DNA of 64,000 nucleotides from Phaeosaccion multiseriatum. Lineage: Eukaryota > Protista > Ochrophyta, other classes. The first letter of the stretch is position 1. The number at the start of each line of letters is the position of its first letter. The stretch is from assembly GCA_965112735.1 (NCBI GenBank), contig OZ218954.1:3286001-3350000 (forward strand). Direction: 5' to 3'. The notes under the pieces are model-generated. The model had not been told where the DNA came from. It saw nothing but the letters and a program-made list of their open reading frames with translations, and did no database searches. The position numbers were made by a program, and so were the translations under genes. Of the stretch, positions 39,553-52,024 are shown piece by piece.

Positions 39553-40922
39553 CATACTTCTGCTAATTAGATTTGAAAGTTGATCTCTTTCTGTTGTTGG
39601 TTGGGTGGTTGGTTGGTTGGTTGGTTGATAGTTTGCTTGGAAGTAAGCACCCCTTTTTGTATATAGACTGAAAACTGGACGTGCTGGAGCTTCATCGTAG
39701 GAATCAATCAGGAGAGGCGCAAGGTGTCTCTCTTAAGGAACGCTCCAAGAATGGTCCCAAGGAAAATCTAATCAAATGCTTCTTTTCTTATTGTAATGTG
39801 TATTCCCATAATTTTTCTCATTTTAAATTAAAATTAATGAATGTGGTATGTGCCTCTATTTGCCGCCATCTACCGCCCTCTCCGAGGGGTTTCTCCGAGG
39901 TGACAATGGTCAATCGGTCGACCGATCGCAAAGGTCATTCAAGACATCCATACCGCAGCACAAGAAAGGAAGGATTTTGTCCGAGGAGGAGCCCGTGATG
40001 AATGAGGCGCCCAATGGTCAGCGCTCAGTGCTCAGTACTCAGTCGCCTCTGCTCTCATCGCGTGCTCTGGTCGGCCGTCTCCCCCCCCTCTCGCCCCCCC
40101 CCCCAATGAGGGAGGCCCAAGGAGGTCAACCGGTTCGGTCTCGACGACCCAGGAACGGCCCCAGTCAGTCAGCCCCTGGGGTCTTGTCTTCCACAGCATA
40201 GCATAGCGTGTTGGTGCTTCAAGGAAAAAAGCCAGCCAACCAGCCAGTGCTGTGAGTGCTTTGATTCGCCCCTCCACCGCTGCCCGCTTCGACTCCGGAC
40301 TGGTCCCAGACTGGTTCATGCCTTGCATTACTCTCCACACCTTACACTCCGCTTGGTGCTTGGCAGTGGGCCGAGAAGTAAGGGCTGTTGTATCACCAAC
40401 TGCTGCTGTTGATGCTGCTTGTACGCAAACTGCTGCTGTGTCACCGACTGCTGCCATGCTACATCAAAGCCTGCGCCCGGTTCCTCTAGACACGAACAGG
40501 TGCTCGGCACCGCACATTCTCGAATGGAGCCACGCCTTCTCTATCTCCCTCTCCCCCTCTTTGAGTGGAGCCATGCCTCCTTCTCTCTCCCTCCCACTTT
40601 GAGTGGAGTCTCTCATCTTCTCGGTCTCCCTCCCCCCCTCCCTCCTATCGTAAGGCCATGCGCAGAGCTGCTCGCCTGTTGAGCCATTGATTCCCCATCC
40701 TGGCTTCGTCAAGAACATCCCCTCCCCCATCCGGAGCAGTTTGCCTTGCCGTAGGGAGCGGGAGGAACCATCCTGACGGGGCTCGGAAGTCCGAAGCGAG
40801 GCCTCAGCAAGTCTTCGCCGGCGCCGGCTGACCTCGTTAGTTTGACTATGTCTCTATGTCTCTTTCCCCTCCTCATTTACTGCGCTCGCTCACTCAGTTC
40901 GCTCAGCTCGCTCAGTGCTGAC

Positions 40923-41795
40923 TCAGTAACTGTAAAAGAACCAAATGAGCACCACCATAAACGTCACCTCCGACACCACGACAATGCCCATCGCCTTGGT
41001 CCTCATATCCTCCGTCACTGCCGTTTGCATCTGACGAAGGAGAAACATAGAGGCCCAGCCCGCTGCCAGAGGGAGGGCCAGATACTCGATGAAGGGCAAG
41101 GGTAGCGCACAGAGGACGCTGAAGGGCACATAGGCTGTGTGCGAGTAACCCGTAATGCAGAGCGTCTGTGGCAGGGACAGAGGCAGCATGGCGAACATGG
41201 ATACGGAGGCAACCACAGAGGCGCCATATACGGTGCAGAGGGCCGTCACCACAAGGCGAAAGTCGTACGTTCTATGCAAGTTGGCGCCCACGCTCAGTGT
41301 AAAGATAAATGTGTTGAGGACCCAAAACGGCCCATACAAGTCCGGCACCGCGAGAAGGCTCTTGCCTCTGGCCTTGTCGCCCCCCGAGGCGCTGCTACCA
41401 CCCGCTTCCGTGCAGGGCTGCAAGAGGGCGTCGCCCGATCCCGTCTCTTCATCTCCTCCTCCTGCTGCTGCTCCTGTTCTCAATCCTCTCCAGGGTGTCA
41501 TTGCGCTCTTTAGCCTCTCCTTCACCGTCTCCGTATCGAGGTCGAAGTAGGGGCGGAACAAGCCAAGCGAAGGCATCCCCCGAAACCCTCCTCCCATCGC
41601 CTCTGGTGGTGCTACCCCCCTTCCCCGTGCTGCTGCTTTGTCTTCGTTGCCGCTCATCAGCAGAGTGGTGTCCTCCACGAGAGATGGGAGACCCTCGTGC
41701 CAGTCTTGCTCTTCCTCTCCGTCAGGGAGGGAAGGTCCCTGACCCCCAACCTCCCCCTCTGCCCAGGAAGGACGTCTGGGCTCTGCCGTCATCAT
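40923..41795 (-). CDS. YIPF: Yip1-domain family membrane protein (YIPF1/2-like), intronless
   Basis: RPYFDLDTETVKERL and PDLYGPFWV motifs, then about five hydrophobic segments with CITGYS. Confidence 0.92.
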   Translation of the reverse strand: MMTAEPRRPSWAEGEVGGQGPSLPDGEEEQDWHEGLPSLVEDTTLLMSGNEDKAAARGRGVAPPEAMGGGFRGMPSLGLFRPYFDLDTETVKERLKSAMTPWRGLRTGAAAGGGDEETGSGDALLQPCTEAGGSSASGGDKARGKSLLAVPDLYGPFWVLNTFIFTLSVGANLHRTYDFRLVVTALCTVYGASVVASVSMFAMLPLSLPQTLCITGYSHTAYVPFSVLCALPLPFIEYLALPLAAGWASMFLLRQMQTAVTEDMRTKAMGIVVVSEVTFMVVLIWFFYSY

Positions 41796-42139
41796 CCTTC
41801 CTTTTTCACAAGGGAACCTCTCAAAGCAAGGAGAGAGCTCTAGGCAACAAGTCGTCTCGACTAAGAGCCGGACAAGGTCGTGACAAGAATGGGATAAGGT
41901 AGTTGATGCGGACGGGACAAGTGCTACAGGCTCGCTTTTAATACCCTTCTCTCTCCGCCGCCCCTTTTAGTATCGTCGGGGAGTCGCTCACAGATGGCCT
42001 CTGGAGACAGAGATGTGGAAGCTGCTTCCAATCAAACTGCCTCTGGCGCCATTCCCCAAGGCCTTTGTACAGGATGCCGTAGCGTAGCCCCAACACTTTC
42101 ATAGAGAGGCGCAGCTTTGCGGAAGCAGTTGCGGCGAGG

Positions 42140-43586
42140 ATGGGAATACCCGGCCTCCTTCCCAAGCTGAGTAGCATTTCCCGGCAAGTCCACATCAGTG
42201 CCTATCGAGGCAAGAGGGTGGCCGTCGACGCCTCCTGCTGGTGAGCTCAAGGGAGGGAATGGCAGAGGGGTGGGCCGGCGCTGGGGGGGGCGCGATGGAA
42301 TAAACTTTGTTTGTGGAAACAAAGGGGGGTGGGGGGTGGGGAGAAGCAGGGAGAAAGGGTCCTCTAGTATATGAAGCAGCAGCAGCAGTAGTAGTAGCAG
42401 ATGGAGAAGGAGAAGAGGAAGTGTTAGGAATTGGAAGCGGATGAGATGACCCTCCTTGCCCTTTACATGCCTCCCTCACTTCTCATCCTCTGACCCACCC
42501 TCCCCACTCCCCCCCGGCCCCACTGTTTGCTCTCATCCTCGTGCTGCTTCGTCTCTCTATTAGGCTGCACAAAGGGGCCTTCACGTGCAGCTTGGAACTA
42601 GCAACTGGCGTCAAGACCGACAGGTGAGGGAGGTGGCGCGATGAGCGATCAGCACCATGTGGAGGAGCCATGCACCCACGCGTTGTGTCGGCCGAACGGT
42701 GAAAAGCATGCATCCCGCTAACCAAGGCATCCATCGAATGGCTTTACCTTATGATCTTGTGTCCTAGACAACAAGCTGCATAGCGTTATATAGCCCCTCT
42801 GCCCTTCGTACCCACACCGCGGGCCTCCCCCGTGACTCTTTCGTGTTAACCTGCCCCTTCCCCCGCCTCCCACCCTGGTAGCTACTGCTGCTGCTTCTAC
42901 TGCTGTATCACCAACTGCTACTGCTGCTGCTGCCGCTGCTGCTTCCTGGTGGCGGTCCCGTGCCTTTGGATGACTGCGTGCGTGCGTTCGCGTGGTGCCT
43001 TGTCACAGGTTCGTCGTGTACTGCCTGAAGCTGGTAGGGCTGCTGCTGGAAAATGGGGTGCATCCAACCCTCGTGTTCGACGGCAAGCCTATGCCCAGCA
43101 AGATTGTCTACGCAAAGAGGAGAGAGATGAGGAAGACGGCTCTGGCCAAGGGGCATGCTGCACTGGCCGCTGGTGAGTGAGGGAGAAGAGGGGAGGGGAG
43201 GGGAGGGAGGGAGGGAGGAAGGGGGGAGGGAAGGAGAAAGGGAGGGAGGGAGGGGGAGGAGAGGAGAGAGAGAGTGATGAATGGGTGAGTGAGTGAGTGA
43301 GATCGTATCTACAGGGGAGGCAGGGGCAGACTCGAAGTACTTTGCTCAATGGGGAGCGATCCTTGTACTCGAGAGGCGTCTCCCTTCCCTCTCCAGATGC
43401 AGCACAGCAACAGAGCGGTTGAACAATCGTGCGGTCCTGTCTGAAGAGGGGGGGAGGAGAGCACTGTGATGGCATGCTGCTGCCCTTGACCCATACAAAT
43501 CTGCCCTTGACTCAAGCAGTGCTGCTGCTGTGGCTGTTGCTGCTCTCTGTGACACCAATGGTGACTGACCCTTTGCTCTACATGTG

Positions 43587-43624
<38 letters not shown>

Positions 43625-44795
43625 GTGAAGGTGAGAACGAGGCCGCCCGCAGCCACTTCAAGAAAGCCATCACGGTGACTGCGGACATGTGTCAGCAACT
43701 CATGTGCAGCCTCAGGAAGATGAAGGTGAGAGAAAGGGGGAGAGAACGAGAGAGACGGGGAGAGGAAGAGAGAGAGACACTCCGCTCCACTCCCTCTTCT
43801 TCCTTCCGTTTGCCCCTCTTGGTGTCTCTCCCTTTCTCCCTTCTCCACCAATACCCACTCCTCACTCTGTACCAAAATGTTTTGTGCCTCTTGGTGTCTC
43901 TCCCTCTCTCCCTCTGTCCCTTCTCCTATCGCTAACCATGACCCATGACCCCCTCCGAACACTACTGAAAGGTGCGATTCATGGTCGCTCCTTATGAGGC
44001 TGATGCTCAAATGGTCTTTCTCGCTATGCATGGGATGGTGGACGCGATCATCACAGAAGACAGCGACGTGCTCGTGTATGGGGGGTGCGCAAGGATGCTG
44101 TTTAAACTTGATGCTAGCAGCGGGAGTGGGCAGGAGATTCAGAAGAAGAACTTTGCGGCCAACGAGGGCCTCCGGTTCGTGGGTTGGTGAGTTGGTGCTA
44201 CGGGAGCGGGGGGAGGGGAGGCCGGGGAGGCAGGGGCGAAGGGAGGCACCTTCGAAAGGTCAAAAAACAACTGAAACTGAAGCCCCCTCTCCTCCCCTCC
44301 GTTCCTTTCCGGTGACCTGCTCTCTCCTTCTCATGTATGACCCATCCACTGTCATTCCCTATTTCGACACATCCACTGCCATCCATGCCCTATGTATGGC
44401 CCATCCACTGCCATCGCAGGACGAGTGGGATGTTCCTCGACATGTGTCTGTTGGCAGGTGAGGGAGGGAGGGAGGGAACTGAGTGAGTGAGTGAGTGAGT
44501 GAGTTTCAGTTTGCGAGTGAGTGAGTGAGTGAGTGGTGGGTTGTGATAGGACGTGACTCCGAATGTAACCCCCACTCCCCGCCCCTACTTTACTAACCCG
44601 CGCTTTTTCGTCCATTCACTCAACCAATCAGTCAAGCACTCACTCAATCTCTTCTTTAACTCTCTCTCTCCCTCTCGCTCTCGCTCTCGCTCTCTCTCCC
44701 TTCTCCCTCTCTTTTTCTCTTTCCCTCTCTCTTTCCTCTCGCTCTCGCTCTCGCTCTCTCTCTCTCTCTCTTTCCCTTTCTGTTTCTCTCTCTCC

Positions 44796-44861
<66 letters not shown>

Positions 44862-47046
44862 TTCTCTCTCTCTCCCTCTGTCTCTTCCCCCCTCCCCCCC
44901 ACTATCCCTCCCTCTCTCCCTCTCTCTCCCCACCCCCCACCAACTACAGGCTGTGACTACTTGCCCAACATCCGCAATCTGGGACTTGTGACGGCTCACA
45001 AGATGGTGGCAAGGCACCGCACGGACTACGAGAAGATGCTCACAGAGCTGCGCAAGTCCACAACCTTCTTGCTGCCTGCCGACTACGAGCGACAGTGAGT
45101 GACCTCGTGAGCAAGAAAGAGGGAGGGCAGAGATGGCAGTGGATGGACGGGGGAGGAGGAGGAGGAGGGGAGGGGAAAGAACGGGAGCGGGCGGGGGGAG
45201 GGGGAGAGGGGGGTACTCGCCAACTACGAGCCAGCGACAGAGAGTGAGCAGAGAGAGAGAGAGAGCACAGACGAGAGAGAGTAGAGTAGAGATGGCCATG
45301 GGAAGGGGAAGAGAAGGGGAGGGGAGGGGAGCATCCGCTGGCCACCACGTGTATCCCACCCCGGCCGGTCCATCGGTCCATCTCCTGCGCCGCCCTGTCT
45401 CTCGTCTCCTCCCGCCCCCCCCTCCTGTCTCCTTGTCCCTCTCATCCAGCGTGCTCATATCCTTGACTGCCCCTCGCTCCCTCACTCCTCCTTGTTCCTG
45501 ACTCTCCCCCGCTTCTCTTTCTCTCTCTCTCTGTGTGCGTGTGTGTTCCTTGTTCTTTTGTGGTCCCTTTCCTCTCCTCGCCTGTGTCCGTCTCTCCATC
45601 TCTCTCTCTGTGTATATGTGTATGTGTGCGTGTGTGTGTATTATGTGCGTTTGTGCAGATACCGAGAGGCGCGCCTCATCTTCATGCATGCCCGAGTCTT
45701 CGACCCTCGCGACAACAGGTAAGTAACATAAGAGAGGTCAAGACCATTAAGTCAAGGAGGTCAAGGCCATAAGTCAAGGAGGTCCATAATGTGTATGGGA
45801 TGGCAGCGGATGGTCAAGAGGAGTGTGGTGTATATCATAGTGTGGATGGGATGGCAGCGGATGGTCAAGAGGAGTGTGGTGTATATCATACTGTGGATGG
45901 GATGGCAGCGGATGGTCAAGAGGAGTGTGGTGCATATCATAATGTGGATGGGATGGCAGCGGATGGTCAAGAGGAGTGTGGTGTATATCATACTGTGGAT
46001 GGGATGGCAGCGGATGGTCAAGAGGAGTGTGGTGTATATCATACTGTGGATGGGATGGCAGCGGATGGTCAAGAGGAGTGTGGTGTATATCATAATGTGG
46101 ATGGGATGGCAAGACCGTAAGTCAAGGAGGTCAAGACTCTAAGTCAAGAAGGTCAAGACCAAGACCAGTCAAGTCAAGCCAAGTGAAGTCATGTCTGTTC
46201 AAATCAAGCGAAGAGAAGGACGGAGAACGACGTACGGAAGGCGAGATAGAGAGGGGGGGGGGAAGATGCACGGAGGGAGGAGGGGAGGCGAGGGGGAGGC
46301 TTCCGACCTCTTTAGAGTATTGTATTCGACATCCATGCCTTATGTAAGACTAAAACTGAAAGTCTTTACCATCTGGTGTCATTTGTATGTCATGTGCTCG
46401 TGCAGGGTTGTTCACCTGCGCAAGCCAGGAGAGCTGATGAAGCGGCTGGCAGCCAGACAGGGTGAGTGAGGCCGGGTGAGGAGGAGTGAGGAGAGGGTAG
46501 AGGGTGAGAGACAGGGAGAAGGAGAGGGAGGGGTAGCAAGACGAGGTACTCCAGGGGGGGTGAAAGGAGGATGGAGAGGGAGTGGGAGAGAGGCTTCCAA
46601 GAACTGAAGGCTGGGGCACACACGCACACACACACGCCCACCCACCAAGGACAGTGGTCGATCCCTTGTTGACTTACTCCGTGTTGCCTTACTCACGGAA
46701 GAGCTTGGCCTCTTGCCCCCTCTCTTACCGCACGCGCATATACACACAGGCTGGGAGATGCCCTTTCTGGGCCCTGACGTAAGCGATGACATTGCAGCGG
46801 AAATCGCCGTTGGCAGCCTCCACCCCCGCACACACGAGCCTTTCATTGATGAATCTTTTGTGGACGAGGCCCCTCATACAGGGCTGGCGGCAGCAGCTTT
46901 GGCAGCGGAGAAGGAAGGGAGAGGGGGAGAGGGGGAGGCGGGGACGCGCAGGGCTGGGAATGGTGCGCTATTGGTGGAGAGTGTCAGGACTGGGGAGAGT
47001 GTCCGGCCGACTGCCTCTGAGAGGTATTTTTTCGACGCGTCGCCGC

Positions 47047-47078
<32 letters not shown>

Positions 47079-48248
47079 ACAGTTATAGGGGGGAAGGTGG
47101 AGGGGGGGGGGGGGGAGGGTGTTGGTGATGCAGCAGTCGCCGCTGCTGCTGTGCGCCTTGTTGACGAGGAGGGAGACTTCGCTTGCTCAAGGGGCTGGCA
47201 GCAGACGGGGGATCAGGGTCAGTATGAGTGTACGCTTCCCCCCCAAAGAGACTACCACTCTCAGCATCAGCAGCCGCAGCACCAGATGCAGCACTTGGTG
47301 ATGCAGCAGCATCAGGAGCAGGACCAGCAACCGCAACAGTTGCTGATACAGGAGCTGCAACACCAGCAGGATGATGACCAGAATCAGAAGCAACCTCTCG
47401 ACGCCCCGATGATGATGACGGGTGGAGGAGGAGGAGGAGGAGGAGGAGGAGGAGCAGTAGCACAACAGCAACAAGCTTCAGTTCTCTTTCCGCAGCAGCC
47501 TATTGCCACCTCGCCAGTTTCAGTTTCAAGTCGGTCATCGCGTGGGGAGGCAGGGGCGCGAGTCGTCAGCAACCCCACCCCCCAAGAGAGGACCCAACAA
47601 GACCAACAAGACCAGCTGCACAGCTTGTTTCGCTTCTCCAAGCTGCAGGAATCGGGTCAGACGAAGGTGCCAGCAGCGTCTCTTGACCAAGAACAGCAGC
47701 AAGGACAGCAAGGACGACGGCGTCGACGGCGACGAGAGAAGGGAGGTGCTGCTGCCTCTGCTACCGCTGGTCATCCGGCGGCCTTCACTTCTCGCTCCTT
47801 TGTGGATATGGCAGCAGAGGCGAAGGCCATGGCTGTGGCAGCAGACGGCCATCATGCCACTCTGGGGAGAGGTGCAAGTGCAGAAGTTGGTGCTAGATGC
47901 ATGGGCGACGACGACGACGATAAGGGGGAGGAGGGGGAGGGTGAGGGTGCAGCGCGAGGGGGCAAGTGTTATAGCTCACTGCACTTGCCAGCGGCGGCTG
48001 CGGCGTTTGTGAGTGAGGGCGTGAGCGCTAAGCTAGAGACTCTCCAGCGGAAGAAGAGAAGGACGCAGCGTAAACTTCAACTGCAGCAGCAGCAGCAGCA
48101 GCAGTTGGTGATACAGCAGGAAGAAGAAGAAGGAGTGAGGCCTGAAGAACAACAGCGCTCTGTCGAGGCGACCGTGGACGCGACTTTCTTCGATGCCTCG
48201 GAGGGCCTGAGGGTGGCGAGAGGAGGAGAGGGCGCCGCTTCTGCTGAC

Positions 48249-48293
<45 letters not shown>

Positions 48294-49580
48294 ATGCCCC
48301 CTCGGGAAGGCCCCCCGGGAAGGTGGGGAGGCGAAGGGGTGGCGCCGGGGCGGGGGAGCAACGCCTCGCTGGACTCGATGATGACGTCATACGGATACAG
48401 AGAGGGCAGTGGGAAGGCGACGGAGAGCCTGGAGCAGCCACCACCGCAGCCCGGGGGGGGTGGAGGAGAGGGAGGGGAGGGAGGGGGAGGAGGAGGAGGA
48501 GGAGGAGGAGGAGGAGGAGGAGGAGGAAGAGTGGAGGAAGGCTTTAGTCGCTTCAAGGAGGGGATCCGGCAGGAGGTGTATGGGCAGGAGGAGCGCCCCT
48601 CTGCTGCCATCTTCTTGTCAAGCAATGAGGACCGATGCCCAGCTGCTGCTGCCGCTGCTGCTTCTGCTGCTGCTGCTGGAGGGGGGGGCGGGGGCTTCTT
48701 TGCCTACAACGATCTTGACGAAGAACAAGAGAACATGCGCACGACGGAGGCTGGTGGGTGTCGTGTAGCAGCGGCGCTCACAGATGGCGGGGCGGGGGGC
48801 ATCGGGAGAGGCCTGGGCCTGTTTCCCTCTCAAGCGCGGTCTTCCATCCGCGATGGTGCAGCAGCTGCGAATGGAAGTGCACCAGCGAATGGAAGTGCAG
48901 CAGCGAATGGAAGTGCAGCAGCAGGACTATTCGGAAGGAACGGGGCGGCGGGGTGGGCGCCGTGTGAATACTTGTATGCAGGAGGCCCCGGACAACGCCA
49001 TCAACGGAGAGACAGTGGTGGTGGTGGTGGTGGTGGTGGTGGTGGAGGAGGAGGAGGAGGAGGAGGAGGAGAAGGAGGGGGAGGGTTGTGGGGGCTGGGG
49101 CGACAACCCTTACCCGCAGAGTGCGGCATGAGTCGGCTTCTTGCTCACTTTGGCGGCGACGCACTACACCTCACCTCCGCACCTCTACCTCAGCACTCCC
49201 GGAATCAGAATCGGAATGAGAATCAGAATCAGCATCACCAGCATCTTCATCATCGTCGCCATCATCAGCATCATCCAACGGGTCAATCAGGCTTTCTTCT
49301 TCGTTCTTCTCCTCCTCCTCCTCCACTTCCTCCTCCTTCACCCCTCCACGACGGGAGGAGTGGAGCCTTGCTGGCCGCTCGCAGCAGCACTCTCACGGGA
49401 GGAGGGGGAGGGGGAGGAGTGGGTGGCGGTGCGATGAGCAGGGCGCTCGGAGGGAGTGGTGGAGGTGGTCGAGGTGCTGGAGGTGGTGGAGGTGGTGGAG
49501 GTGGTGGTAGTGGCAGCTTCAGGCCGAAGCGAAGCAGGAGTACGGGGTATTGGGATGACCGGTTGGGTGCCGCGGATTGA
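42140..49580 (+). CDS. EXO1: Exonuclease 1 (XPG/Rad2 family) with a long low-complexity C-terminus
   Basis: MGIPGLLP...VAVDASCW|[41 protein letters not shown]|[20 protein letters not shown] and FLGP...IAVGSLHP. Confidence 0.95.
45790..46110. repeat. Intronic minisatellite, 51-bp unit TGTGGATGGGATGGCAGCGGATGGTCAAGAGGAGTGTGGTGTATATCATAC, about 6 copies, flanked on both sides by short GTCAAG-rich repeats
   Basis: 17-aa periodicity in ORFs 45761-46142; direct reading. Confidence 0.95.
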
Positions 49581-50475
49581 GCGGGCTCTATGGTATATCA
49601 CCAACCGCTGCTATAATTGGTATATCACCAACTGCTGCTATAATTATCGTACTGCTGCAAGCCCCCTGCTGCGAGCTAGTTGTTGTGCTTTGTAATTAAA
49701 GATGTATTATTAGGATGGCTCCTTTCGCTACGCTTTCTATTTCTGTCATTTTTTTTGCCTCCTCACTCACTCACTCACTACGATACTCACACACGCCTCT
49801 AATACGGGCGGCAACGCACCGACTTGACACCTTCACTTCATTTATTGTATAGAAATGGAGGGTTCGAGGATGGCGGCGGGCGGTCTGTTTTGTAAGTATA
49901 TACCGGAATAATAGTAAGTACAAACTAAGGGGCGACCCCCGTACGATGGAGGGTACCTCAAGGAACCTTCCAGTCCTTTCCTTTCATTTCCCAGTGAAAA
50001 ACACACAAATACACAACACTCCCATTCTATCTAGTGTACACACCACAAGAGACGGGAGAAAAATCTCGTTTTGCCCCCCGAAATCTCCCTTTTCCCCTGC
50101 CTCCTCGTCCCTCCCACTGATACTGTGACCCAAAGAAAGGGTCGCGCTTTTCGCTATCCTTAGAAACACATACACACACTCTTTCCCATATACCCCTGCC
50201 TCCCCCCCTCCTCTCTCTCTCTCTCTCTCTTCTCTTTTCTTCCTTCTTTCTTTCTCCTTTCTTATCATGTCCCTCGCTCTCGCTCTCGCGCGCTCTCTCG
50301 CTCTCTCTCCCTCCCGGATAGGCAGGTGTATCATCAATTGTCGCACACACACCCCCACACCCCCACCCTCACCGCCAGTCTCAAACCTCAAACTCAAATC
50401 AAGTCTCGAAACTCACACTCATACTCATACTCGGCTTCCCTTTTCTTCTCTCTCCCTCTCCTCTCCTCTCCTCTT

Positions 50476-51973
50476 TTAAGCCCACTGTGTCCCGGCTCTG
50501 GGCTGCGCTCCTGCCGCCCAAGAAGGCGCTCCACCTGCCGGCGCTTGAGGTGTCATCCCGCCCATGTTCATCGCCATAGCACCGGGGGCCCCCATGGGAG
50601 GGGCGCCGCCCATCTGTGGCATGGGCTGTCCTCCTGGTGCTGCTCCTCCACCTGCCATTCCTCCGGATTCGAACTTGGCAAGGACGGCCTCAATCTCGGA
50701 GTCGCGGGCGGACTGGGCCTTGGGGGCTACGCCAGTTGTGATGCGAGGGAAGTTGCGCGCGACCTTCTCGAGTTCGAGCACCAGCATCGGCGTTTCAGGG
50801 GCATTGGGGTTGTAGTCAATCTGCATACCCACTTGGTACTTGTACTCGGACTCGGGGGTGAAGACGGGAAGCAGCACCAGCACGCACTGGAAGAGGCTGT
50901 TGTCCGACTTGTGGTTCTGCAGCTTGCAGAAGAGGGAGTCTCCGTGCCTGAGCGCCTCGACAATCTCTTCGGACATGTACCCCTCCGTCATGGGGCCCGT
51001 CAGGAACTTGCAGTTCTTCCCAATCACCTCCTTGCCGAAGCCGGTGACGGACTTGAACCCTTCATTGACGTAGACGAGAGGAAGTCCGGGCACGTTCATG
51101 TCCGTCACCACCATGCCGAAACGAAGAGACTCGCTCATGACCTTGAAGAGTTCGGTCCAGTAACCGGGGTCGGAGGGATCAAGCCCGGCGCTCACCGTGC
51201 GAATGGGCAGCTGCTCGCCGGCCCGCTCGCGCTGCGTGAGGGCGTTGATGTAGTCCTTGGCGGCGTTGCTCTCCATGAATCGAGCGAAGGAGTCCGAGGC
51301 GAGGAAGTAGGTGGTGATCTCCTGCCACCTGTGAGTGGGGTCGGGTGGGGTCGGGTGGGGTGGATGGGGGAGTGAGTGAGTGACTGAGCTATACTATAGT
51401 GCGTTCTGGCTCGGTACAATGTATCGTGAGTGGGTGGCGTGGATAGTGAGTAAGTCAGCGAGAGAGTGTTGAGAAGAGCGAGCCTGTCGAGCGAGCGAAT
51501 ATTCGAGTCAAGCGTTGAGTCACTCTCAAGCGACGTGAGATGGAGGGATAGGTGCCCTGACGTCACCATACGATAGAGGCCCTCACCTTCCCATCTCTTG
51601 GATGATCGGCTGCCAGGACGTGCGGTTGAGTTGTCCAATCACAATCTCGTTGGTGGTGCAGTAGAAGAGCGCGTTGTGAGGCATGCGCATGTGCAACGAG
51701 CGGGCCACTTGCTGCTGCTGAGGGCCCTGGGTCATGAGGATCTGCTGTGCCTCGGCCCAGAAGCGAAGGTGCGTCTGAGAGAGGATGGATCCGTTGAGCT
51801 TGAGATAGGCGTCGAAGGCCATGAAGCCAGCCTGTGAGTGAGTGGAGTTTGAGTTTGGAGGTACGCGGATGGGTGGGTGGGTGGGGGAATGAGTGAGTTG
51901 GAAAAAGAGACTGACCGAGCTGAGCAGAAGGAGTGCGACAGGCACAGCGGGCAGTGTACACACACACACACAT

Positions 51974-52024
<51 letters not shown>

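Noticed and set aside
39848-40830. Possible extra gene between the EEP-FN3 gene and YIPF (e.g. ORF 40032-40457, minus strand)
   Set aside because: No recognisable domain or consistent exon chain; its apparent AVGDT repeats are just the dispersed DNA motif. Cannot be excluded without RNA-seq.
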